From: an uncultured Spirochaetales bacterium
GTDB taxonomy: Bacteria; Spirochaetota; GWE2-31-10; CAYYKD01
Direction: 5' to 3'
NCBI GenBank assembly: GCA_964471825.1
Contig: CAYYKD010000002.1
Location: 68,901 to 130,884 of the forward strand
Length of the DNA stretch: 61,984 nt
The notes beneath the pieces were generated by a model. The model saw only the letters and a program-made list of their open reading frames with translations, searched no databases and was not told the origin of the DNA. Positions 38,211 through 46,397 of this stretch are shown piece after piece (the first letter of the stretch is position 1; each line of letters begins with the position of its first letter). Both the position numbers and the translations under genes were made by a program.

Positions 38211-39284
38211 ATGAAAACTATTTATGTGATTTTACTGGTTATAATGAATTTTTTAGTATTTTCAAATGAATTATCTAAAAATAATTTATCTCTAAATAAT
38301 TTATCTACGATAGATACGAGATTTATCCCAAGATGGATTAAGTCATATTCGGTTAAAAGAGATATAATTGATGGAGTTACTGATGAGGCGGATCGCGGAA
38401 AGATCCTTGATTACTATATTGATGATGGTATTAATTACAACTGGATATTGAAACCCTCAAAAGACAATAAGGCTGATCTAATTATCCTATATAATCTTCT
38501 TCTTAAATATCCGACAACCAGAGCTATATTGACATTAGAAAAAGAAAAAACACTCTATGAAAATCAGAATCCGGTTTTTTTACAGAAGGGCGGGATGCTC
38601 TTTGGAGGAGATCACTCTTTCTATTTTAGAACAGATGATGAGTGGACCGGATTCTCTACAGTATTTTTGGGATATAGATTTGGCGTTAACGAATTTTTTA
38701 ATATTGGATTTGAGGGTGGGGTAGGATTGCCGCAGATATACCTTGTTAATCTTATACTTCATTTTAAACTATTTGAAACTGATAATAAAGTTTTTTTTCT
38801 TGGATTACGGGCTAGAATTGGTTATAATTATCAAAATACTGAGCAGTTTATGTTCGTCGGAGATATGGGATATATGGGATTAGGCGTTGATTATTATAAT
38901 ATTAAAGACAGACATGGTTTTTACTTTGCTACAGATCTGACTGCAGCCGTACGATTTGGCAGGTATAAATCTCAGGCATTCTATTACACCATCTTCCCTA
39001 AGGTTGATTTTGATCTTAGAACAGGCAAGGCTAAGGTTTTATTTAGCCCTGTGATGGCAGGTTATGAGGTAAGATGGGGAATAAAGATGGAATGGAGTTT
39101 TGCTGTTGAAACAGGTTATGCATTCCCGATCCCATGGGGGAGTATTCCTGACGGCGAGTGGATAAATTTTCCATCTCTTGCTAATGTGAGTGTAAATTAT
39201 AGATTTGGCGGACCAAGTGATAGGTTTTATTCTAAGTCTAATCAGAAAAAGATCTATGATAAAGCCCAGGCAGATACCTGGTAA
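38211..39284 (+). CDS. Hypothetical exported protein, probable beta-barrel outer-membrane C-terminal domain
   Basis: ATG 38211 after RBS GGGAGGT, with a signal peptide. C-terminal half has alternating aromatic/Gly strands (FLGYRFG, NIGFEGGVG, GLRARIGYNY, AGYEVRWG, AVETGYAF, NVSVNYRFG). Confidence 0.6.
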   Translation: MKTIYVILLVIMNFLVFSNELSKNNLSLNNLSTIDTRFIPRWIKSYSVKRDIIDGVTDEADRGKILDYYIDDGINYNWILKPSKDNKADLIILYNLLLKYPTTRAILTLEKEKTLYENQNPVFLQKGGMLFGGDHSFYFRTDDEWTGFSTVFLGYRFGVNEFFNIGFEGGVGLPQIYLVNLILHFKLFETDNKVFFLGLRARIGYNYQNTEQFMFVGDMGYMGLGVDYYNIKDRHGFYFATDLTAAVRFGRYKSQAFYYTIFPKVDFDLRTGKAKVLFSPVMAGYEVRWGIKMEWSFAVETGYAFPIPWGSIPDGEWINFPSLANVSVNYRFGGPSDRFYSKSNQKKIYDKAQADTW

Positions 39285-39298
39285 ATCGGACAAATTGT

Positions 39299-39331
39299 TG
39301 AGCTTGTTTTTCTGCAGTAAGCTCATTTTTT
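39299..39331 (+). terminator. Candidate rho-independent terminator
   Basis: TGAGCTT...AAGCTCA stem followed by TTTTTT. Confidence 0.5.
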
Positions 39332-39412
39332 ATTACAGGAAACTTTTAAAGCAGGTCTTTAGAATTTTCCTTAAATAGGCTCTAAATCGATATTTTTTAC
39401 GGGGAACTACTT

Positions 39413-39610
39413 ATGAAGAGAATTGGTGAATTATTTATTGAAAACAAGGTTATTACAAGTGAAGATTTACAGCATGCTTTGTCAATACAGAAATCATTAG
39501 GTGTGCATAAACCACTTGGGGAAATTCTGGTTGATCTGGAACTGATAACCTATGATAAATTGATTAGGTACATTGAGATTCAGCTTGAAGCACTAGGTGA
39601 AACTATATAG
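39413..39610 (+). CDS. Standalone MshEN (GSPII_N-like) domain protein, putative c-di-GMP receptor
   Basis: Tandem motifs RIGELFIENKVITSEDLQHALSIQ and PLGEILVDLELITYDKLIRYIEIQ match RLGxxLxxxGxIxxxxLxxxLxxQ except at the internal Gly. Confidence 0.72.
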   Translation: MKRIGELFIENKVITSEDLQHALSIQKSLGVHKPLGEILVDLELITYDKLIRYIEIQLEALGETI

Positions 39611-39623
39611 GAGTTTTCTGTTT

Positions 39624-40436
39624 TCATAGATTTGATTTATATTTTTCATATAGAATAATACCTGCAGATACAGATACATTTAATGAGTCAATTTCTCCGT
39701 TAGTAGGAATAGAGAGTATAATGTCACAATTTTTTTTTACCAGGTCTCTCATCCCTTTTCCCTCATTGCCCATTATTATTGCCGACCGCGGAGCAAACTT
39801 TTCCTTATGAACCGGCACTCCCCCCATATCAGTACCATAAATCCAGAAACCTGATTGTTTTAGCTTATCAATAACTCTGATAAGATTTGTTATGCTGTAA
39901 ATATTAAGATGTCCTGCTGCACCGGAAGATCTTTTAATTACAGTTGAGTTTACAGGTGCAGAATTATCCTTAGGCAGTATTATGTGTTTTACACCAAACA
40001 GGAGTGCAGATCTTAGAATTGCTCCAAGATTACCGACATCATTAATAGAGTCTAGGATAAGGAAAACCTCCTGTTCTGAGAGATTTGAATCACAAAAATC
40101 AAAGAGTTCTTTCTCTGATTTTAGGTCGATCGCTTCTCCGCTTGTTAGTATGGCAATTCCCTGATGATTAAGTCCCTTCAAGTGTTTTTCAAAAAACAAG
40201 TTATCCTTATAGAGTACCCGTATATCGTTGTCAGTTGCTTTCTTGATTATTTCAAAATAGTTTTCTCTATGACTACTTAAAATATATAAGATAGAGCATT
40301 TGCTTTGTTTTAGATATTCTCTAACGGCATTTTTGCCAAATATAAGGTTATTAGCTTCAATTTCATGATCATTTTCATTTAAGTTAGAACCTTTCAATTT
40401 TATTAACCTTTCCGTCAAAATTTGTGTCCTTTTCAA
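39624..40436 (-). CDS. rlmB: 23S rRNA (Gm2251) 2'-O-methyltransferase RlmB, TrmH/SpoU family
   Basis: IFGKNAVRE, NHQGI, LILDSINDVGNLGAILRSA, IIMGNEGKGM and DSLNVSVSAGIILYE. Confidence 0.9.
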   Translation of the reverse strand: MKRTQILTERLIKLKGSNLNENDHEIEANNLIFGKNAVREYLKQSKCSILYILSSHRENYFEIIKKATDNDIRVLYKDNLFFEKHLKGLNHQGIAILTSGEAIDLKSEKELFDFCDSNLSEQEVFLILDSINDVGNLGAILRSALLFGVKHIILPKDNSAPVNSTVIKRSSGAAGHLNIYSITNLIRVIDKLKQSGFWIYGTDMGGVPVHKEKFAPRSAIIMGNEGKGMRDLVKKNCDIILSIPTNGEIDSLNVSVSAGIILYEKYKSNL

Positions 40437-41184
40437 TTCTTATTACTCTTCGTTTTTCATCTGTGTAGTGCCATTCGTCAGGTTTACCGTCAAAATTGTT
40501 ATCTTTAACTATAGTTGGTTTATCAGTTTTTACCAATGCCCATTTACTGTCATAGTTAAATACAACCCACATATCAATTTTACCGTCATGATTTGTATCA
40601 AGCTCATATCTAAGTGGAATCTTACCCTCGGATGTGTTATTATCCCATTTATTACCCGGGCCGCCGTTTGCAGGATCAATAAATGTATAATAGTAAAACT
40701 CATTCATTTTACCGTCATTATTTGTGTCAACAGATTCTTTAATGTTTTTGCCGTTATCATTAATCTCTTCCATGTTTTCAAAGATGCCGTCATAGTTGTT
40801 GTCGTATTTTTCCATGTAGATTATATCGTTAAACTTATAGATGTAATAGTCAGGTTTACCATCTGTATTTCTGTCTACCCCGATCTCAGTTCTGACACTG
40901 CGTCCCTCAAGGGTATTTTTGATGAATAGGTCTTTGATCCCGTCATTATTAGAATCAAACTCTTCGCTTCGTATGTAGTAGATTATATTTTTATCTGAAA
41001 CAAAAAACCAGCTTTCATCAGCTTTTCCATTTTTGTTTAAATCAAGGGTTTTCCATTCGCTATATAGCTGTGGAGTAATCCATCTATTTATCCTTCCATC
41101 ACCATTTGTATCTAACTCCATTGAGTAGATGTTGATACCTAAAAATATCAGAATAATCAGAAAAAAGTATTTAAAACAGCTCAT
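40384..41184 (-). CDS. Secreted protein with nine Dx[DN]xDG Ca-binding-like repeats
   Basis: Signal peptide; DTNGDG, DLNKNG, DSNNDG, DRNTDG, DNNYDG, DTNNDG, DTNHDG, DNNFDG and DTNFDG. Confidence 0.75.
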   Translation of the reverse strand: MSCFKYFFLIILIFLGINIYSMELDTNGDGRINRWITPQLYSEWKTLDLNKNGKADESWFFVSDKNIIYYIRSEEFDSNNDGIKDLFIKNTLEGRSVRTEIGVDRNTDGKPDYYIYKFNDIIYMEKYDNNYDGIFENMEEINDNGKNIKESVDTNNDGKMNEFYYYTFIDPANGGPGNKWDNNTSEGKIPLRYELDTNHDGKIDMWVVFNYDSKWALVKTDKPTIVKDNNFDGKPDEWHYTDEKRRVIRIEKDTNFDGKVNKIERF

Positions 41185-41300
41185 AAGTCATCCTTTGTTA
41201 AATTTAAAATAATATAACCAATAATACAGGTTTATTCAATACATAGTTTCGACATTTTACAAATAATTAAAAGTTAAATCATACATCTTTTTAAAGATTA

Positions 41301-43124
41301 TTGAATAAAAACTCGAAAATGAAGAGGTTAAAGGAAATATTAATGCCCGGTAATACCAATTTAGACTCACAAAACAACTTTGATCCATTAATTAAAGAGC
41401 TTTCAGATACAGAGAGAAGAAAGTTACTGGAAAAAATCTCTACAAGGCTTGATAGTAAAGTGTTGAATGAAAACTATGAGGAATCGGTTAAGTCTGAAAC
41501 AACGGCATTTTCTAAACAAGATGGATATCTTGAAAATCGCCTTAACTCGTTAGGTTTTATAGATAGAATAATAATCTGGTTTAAGTCACTATTTAGCGGA
41601 CGAAATGAAAAAATAATAGTTCTGGATATTGAGCTGTCGCATTTAAAAAGAAAGATCAATTCAGTGAACTCCGGTATAGTTGATTTTGAAAATGGAGTTT
41701 TGACACATAGATTCGCACAGGTGTTTTTACCATTAATTAGTCAACTGTCTGATAATTTATCAAGATTTGAAAGATTCATGCTTGACCCTGTTTACTACTA
41801 TGGTTTTTTATCCTATGCATTTGAAAAGAGGTTTGATGAAAAACAGAAAAATGATCTTGAAGACTTGACTCCTACAACGATTGCATTCTCTGAAAATAAG
41901 GAGAGCTATATTGAGGATCAAGTGTTTTACAGTGAGTTGGAGAGAAGACAGAAAAAGTTTTTTTTAGGATTAAATAGCTCTGCTTTTACTGTTATTTCTG
42001 AACAGATAAATCTGTTTGACCGTTTCTTACTACTATTAAAAACTGATTTTAAACCATTCTTTGTAGAGTTTAAGATAATCAATAATACTGATGTAATTAA
42101 TGTTTCTAACTTTGGAGAATTTAAAAAGCTCGTTGGGGTACTTGAGAGATTTACTTCAATATTAAATAGTTTTCCTGAGTCGATCAGTCAGGTTGATTAT
42201 ATAAAATATCTACCGGAATATAGCAAAGAGAATCCAATTATCATGGTTAATGACAGTATCGATATCTTTACTGAATATGATCTTAAGGTTGTTGAGGAGA
42301 TAATAAGTTCTATGAGTCAGATTGGGAAACAGATCCCATTTACTGATATATTTAAATACTTCAAAAAAAATCTATTCTACACTCCTAAGACGATAAATAT
42401 TAAGTATGATTTTACCTCATCATACAAAGACTATAAGAAAAATGTTACGGATTTTCTTTGGAAAAAGTTCTATGCTGATTTTAAAAAAGAACTATACTAT
42501 AAAATGGTTGATAAGGTTTTGCCGGGCTATAGATTTTCATGCTTAAGGTATTTTAACGGGTCTCTTAGAAATATGCTTGATCCGGAATTAAAACCTTTAT
42601 TGTTGAATACAGCACATCTAAATCTAGGGTATAAATTTCATGAGGAAATCTATACGAAGTTTATGGAACCACTTGTACACAGACTTTTAATTGATGGATC
42701 GTTCTACGATAATAACGAAAGAGAGAAACTTTCTACGGTATATTATAAATTAAAGGAGATTAGTAAGAAGATTAAGGAGTTTGATGAACTCATGAGTGAA
42801 TCCGGTGAGCTTGGTAAAAAGTTTCGATTATACCAGAGAAGGGCAAGTGCAGATGAATATTACCGGCAATCATTGAAAAATTCAATTATTGAGATAAACG
42901 GTAAATCAAATGAGATTGTTGATGAACTAATTCAAAGTTATGATGATGTAAATAGATTTATTGTTCAGTTTGAGGTTCCTATTCCGGGAAAAGGGTTTCC
43001 TATTACTAATTTAGATGACATAAAACCCTTAAGCGGTCTTCATGTGTATTTATCTATTGAAAAAGCATTGAAATATTTTGAAAATTTTTATAGTATTTAT
43101 AGAATATCAGAAACAATACAATAA
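41301..43124 (+). CDS. DUF5312-like protein, paralog 1
   Basis: FDPLIKELSDTERRKLLEKI start and EPLVHRLLIDGSF motif resemble the spirochaete DUF5312 family (from memory). Clear paralog of the next gene. Confidence 0.65.
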   Translation: MNKNSKMKRLKEILMPGNTNLDSQNNFDPLIKELSDTERRKLLEKISTRLDSKVLNENYEESVKSETTAFSKQDGYLENRLNSLGFIDRIIIWFKSLFSGRNEKIIVLDIELSHLKRKINSVNSGIVDFENGVLTHRFAQVFLPLISQLSDNLSRFERFMLDPVYYYGFLSYAFEKRFDEKQKNDLEDLTPTTIAFSENKESYIEDQVFYSELERRQKKFFLGLNSSAFTVISEQINLFDRFLLLLKTDFKPFFVEFKIINNTDVINVSNFGEFKKLVGVLERFTSILNSFPESISQVDYIKYLPEYSKENPIIMVNDSIDIFTEYDLKVVEEIISSMSQIGKQIPFTDIFKYFKKNLFYTPKTINIKYDFTSSYKDYKKNVTDFLWKKFYADFKKELYYKMVDKVLPGYRFSCLRYFNGSLRNMLDPELKPLLLNTAHLNLGYKFHEEIYTKFMEPLVHRLLIDGSFYDNNEREKLSTVYYKLKEISKKIKEFDELMSESGELGKKFRLYQRRASADEYYRQSLKNSIIEINGKSNEIVDELIQSYDDVNRFIVQFEVPIPGKGFPITNLDDIKPLSGLHVYLSIEKALKYFENFYSIYRISETIQ

Positions 43125-43146
43125 CGGATTGAATAACGGATAAATT

Positions 43147-44895
43147 ATGGATAAAAAATCGAGTCTTGATTTAATTATTAAAGATCTTGCTGTAGAAGAA
43201 AAGAAAGATCTCCTTAATAAAATTCAAAAACCCGACAAACAGTCTCAAGAAAGTAGTGATGATGTTAATGAGAAATTAACTCCTGCACAGAAACGAGATA
43301 ATCAACTAAAGATTGCCCGAAAAGAGTATGAAAAGTATGGTTGGCTTAGTAAGATGATAATCAAGATGATATCGATTATTAAGGGCAAGAGGACCGAAGA
43401 GATCGTTCTTGAAAATATTATTTTAAATATAAAAAAAGAGATTATTTCAAGGTATGGTAATATTGTTGATTTTGAAAAGAATGCATTTACAAATGAGTTT
43501 GTAAAAGAAATAATTCCGCTTGCTAAGTCAGGGATTGAACTCTCTCAGCTATTTTCACGATATATACCTGATAATATAAATAGCTTTGTAGCCTATCTAT
43601 TTGAGAACGGTTTAAGTGAGCAGAAGCGGAAAATGCTAGCCCAGACAGATCCGGAAAATCTCGGATATAATCGGGACTATTTTGACAAGATGAAATTTTC
43701 CAAAGAGAAGGATAAGAGATTTAAGGATTATTTTAATATAATTGAGCGATCAGATTATTTTGAATTGAGCAGTCAGATAGATAAATTTGAGATCCTTCAA
43801 AAACTGATTTCATTTGATTTTAGATCATTTTTAAAGCTTTTCTATGTTCTAGATCCTGATGATAAGATAAGTTCGTCAAATTTTGCAGAGTATTATAAGA
43901 TAGATAAAGATCTTGAAAGGCTTTTTAGAATAATCTATAATATTACTTTTAAATTCTCTGATATAGACTTCATTCTAAATTATGCAGAATATGTTAAGCT
44001 TACCGCTGATAATACCGGAAAAACATTGATACCAACTCAGGATGAGATAAGGTCAATCGGTAATATATTTAATGCTCTTGAAAACCTCTTAAGAAAATTA
44101 CCTCTCTTAATGATATTCCGTTTTTTTAAAGAGGACATTCAATATACTCCAAATAAGATTAATTCACCTTACAATTTCCTATTGAATTATAAGAGCTTTA
44201 AGAAAGATCAAAATAATAAGATATGGGATGCATATTATAAAAAAATGAAGGAAAAGTACCTTAGCGATCTCATAGAAGAGTTACTCGGTTTCTATGAATT
44301 TACAACATTATCGCATTTTTCTACAGTACTCAAGGCTCAACTTGAGAAGTATTCAACAGTAAAAGTTGGAAATGTTTATTATTTAAATCTGACCATGGAA
44401 TTTATTAATAGAATATATAAGAAAAAGATAGAGCCTATTATTAACTCACTTCTTGTTAATGGAAATTTTAAGAACGAGGGGTCAAAGGTTTCCCTATCTA
44501 ATGCATATTTTGAGCTTGATAATGTTCAAAAAAATATAATGGAGTATGATGAATCATTCTCTGAGAATAACGGACAGGGTAAAAAACTTATGACTTTCAT
44601 AAAGTTGGTGGGTACTGATTCGAAGTATGTTAAGACTCTACAAAATAAGGTCTTGGAGATAAATACTAAAACACTGGAGTTGGTAAAGAGTGTTTCTACA
44701 CCACTTAAAAATATGTATGAGATTCTTCTTCGGATTCTTGATCAGAATAATCCGGTTATGTGTCCGGTAAGCAATGTAGACTCCATTAGATTTTCAGGGT
44801 ATCTTGCTAATCCAATAAAGGCGATCGAGGATAGTGTTAAATATTTTACACTCTATTATAATATTCTTGAAAACTTTGATGAAGGAAAGAAGTAA
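43147..44895 (+). CDS. DUF5312-like protein, paralog 2
   Basis: LDLIIKDLAVEEKKDLLNKI, NIVDFE and EPIINSLLVNGNF align collinearly with paralog 1. Confidence 0.65.
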   Translation: MDKKSSLDLIIKDLAVEEKKDLLNKIQKPDKQSQESSDDVNEKLTPAQKRDNQLKIARKEYEKYGWLSKMIIKMISIIKGKRTEEIVLENIILNIKKEIISRYGNIVDFEKNAFTNEFVKEIIPLAKSGIELSQLFSRYIPDNINSFVAYLFENGLSEQKRKMLAQTDPENLGYNRDYFDKMKFSKEKDKRFKDYFNIIERSDYFELSSQIDKFEILQKLISFDFRSFLKLFYVLDPDDKISSSNFAEYYKIDKDLERLFRIIYNITFKFSDIDFILNYAEYVKLTADNTGKTLIPTQDEIRSIGNIFNALENLLRKLPLLMIFRFFKEDIQYTPNKINSPYNFLLNYKSFKKDQNNKIWDAYYKKMKEKYLSDLIEELLGFYEFTTLSHFSTVLKAQLEKYSTVKVGNVYYLNLTMEFINRIYKKKIEPIINSLLVNGNFKNEGSKVSLSNAYFELDNVQKNIMEYDESFSENNGQGKKLMTFIKLVGTDSKYVKTLQNKVLEINTKTLELVKSVSTPLKNMYEILLRILDQNNPVMCPVSNVDSIRFSGYLANPIKAIEDSVKYFTLYYNILENFDEGKK

Positions 44896-44916
44896 CAATT
44901 TTTTGAATAATCAATA

Positions 44917-44959
44917 GAGGTTCTTGCATAAATAAATTTTGAATTTTTGCAAGAGGCTC
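44917..44959. mobile_element. Internally collapsed 43-bp copy of the 19106 MITE family with AATA flanking duplication
   Basis: GAGGTTCTTGCATAAATAAATTTTGAATTTTTGCAAGAGGCTC is the left 34 nt of the 19106 element (2 mismatches) joined through ATTTTTGC to the right TIR. AATA at 44913-44916 and 44960-44963. Confidence 0.75.
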
Positions 44960-44980
44960 AATAAAATACTCAATAAAATA

Positions 44981-45709
44981 TCAATAAAATATCGGTTTAG
45001 CACAGTTAATATGTCGCCCTTCATTAATCATTTTAAGTAGATTCTCGATGTTCTCGAATGTTCCATAGTATGAGGTTTTCCAGTTCTCTGCGAATTCTGC
45101 TGATTCACCTGTGTGATCGATAAGAATTGGGGTTACAGAATGGTGGAGGGCACTATCGATATCATTTTTTGTATCACCAAATAAGAAGATATTTTCCGGA
45201 GGAAATTTTTTCTTGAGTAATAGTTCAGACGATGAGATTGCATCCACAACAAGCTCGTGTCGTTCATCTGCCTGTTCCCCAAATCCGCCTGAGCAGAAGT
45301 AAACATTTAGATTGAAGAAAGCAAGTTTTATCATAGCTCCTTCGTAAATATTTCCTGTAACTAATGCAACATTGGATTTTTCATGTAAAATTTTAATAGT
45401 ATTATGTGAATTTGGAAATATTTTAAAAGCATTTTCTGCAGAGCTGTATTCTCTAAGCGTATTTAAATAATTGTTTTTAAATTTACTCCAAAGTTCATTT
45501 TCATTTTTTAGATTTAAATGTTCATTATTTAAGTATCTATTATATAGAACTTTAAAAAATTTACGATCAATGCCACCCTTAAAAGATAGTGATCTATCAA
45601 CCTTAACATCAAGTGTTTGTTCAAAGGCGTCAAGATAAGCTTTTTTACCTGTTCCTGTCGAGTCCATTATAGTTCCGTCTATATCAAATAAAAACAAGAG
45701 ATCTCTCAT
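44981..45709 (-). CDS. HAD-superfamily hydrolase (phosphoglycolate phosphatase-like)
   Basis: Motif I FDIDGTI, motif II LVTGN, motif IV LFGDTKND. Confidence 0.9.
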   Translation of the reverse strand: MRDLLFLFDIDGTIMDSTGTGKKAYLDAFEQTLDVKVDRSLSFKGGIDRKFFKVLYNRYLNNEHLNLKNENELWSKFKNNYLNTLREYSSAENAFKIFPNSHNTIKILHEKSNVALVTGNIYEGAMIKLAFFNLNVYFCSGGFGEQADERHELVVDAISSSELLLKKKFPPENIFLFGDTKNDIDSALHHSVTPILIDHTGESAEFAENWKTSYYGTFENIENLLKMINEGRHINCAKPIFY

Positions 45710-45724
45710 ACTCAGTCCTACAAT

Positions 45725-45753
45725 AATATAAAAAAAAGGTTAATTAAAATCAA
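45725..45753 (-). promoter_or_regulatory. Candidate sigma70 promoter for the HAD gene
   Basis: Minus strand TTGATT-N17-TATATT. Confidence 0.4.
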
Positions 45754-45851
45754 ATTTTATAATATAATAACAAAGATTGCAATTAAATTTTACTTAATAT
45801 TTAATATGAGAAAAATATTTGCAACTTGATTCTTAAGTATAAGGATAAAGA

Positions 45852-46397
45852 ATGGGAAAGCCTGATTTTATAAAACATGAAGTTTACAAATTAAAGATTA
45901 TTGATAAAGATAATAATGAGCTTTACTCGGGCCAGGTTAATAAAAAAGCATGGGAGAAGAGCATTGAAACCGGTAAATTGTGGGAACTTACTGAAAATGG
46001 TAGGGTGATTGAGAAAGAGATAGATGAGTATGATGGTGTAGGAAAAAAAATATCAATTGAAAATGGGCAAATTATTATTAAACTAACTATGGCGCGTGCT
46101 AATATAAGTAATGAAGTAGAAAGCAATCCAAATATGCTTACAAATCTTGAGGATTTAATAAAGAAAAGAAAATATGAAATGCCTGATAACTCATATACAA
46201 CACATCTATTTAAAAATGGTGCTGACAAGATTTTAAAGAAGATGGGTGAGGAAACTATAGAGGTCATACTTGCGAAGAATAATAGAGTTGAGACAATTAA
46301 AGAGTGTGCTGATCTCGTATACCATTTACTTGTTTATCTCGTAAATCAAGGAATAGAGTTTAAAGAGGTTCTAGATGAACTTAAAGAGAGACACTAA
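45852..46397 (+). CDS. hisE: Phosphoribosyl-ATP pyrophosphohydrolase HisE with Cys-free HisI-like N-terminal extension
   Basis: C-terminal SYTTHLF..G.DKILKKMGEETIEVILA...ECADLVYHLLV is classic HisE. N-terminal VNKKAWEKSIETGKLW echoes HisI MN.EAL..T.ETG. Confidence 0.88.
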   Translation: MGKPDFIKHEVYKLKIIDKDNNELYSGQVNKKAWEKSIETGKLWELTENGRVIEKEIDEYDGVGKKISIENGQIIIKLTMARANISNEVESNPNMLTNLEDLIKKRKYEMPDNSYTTHLFKNGADKILKKMGEETIEVILAKNNRVETIKECADLVYHLLVYLVNQGIEFKEVLDELKERH

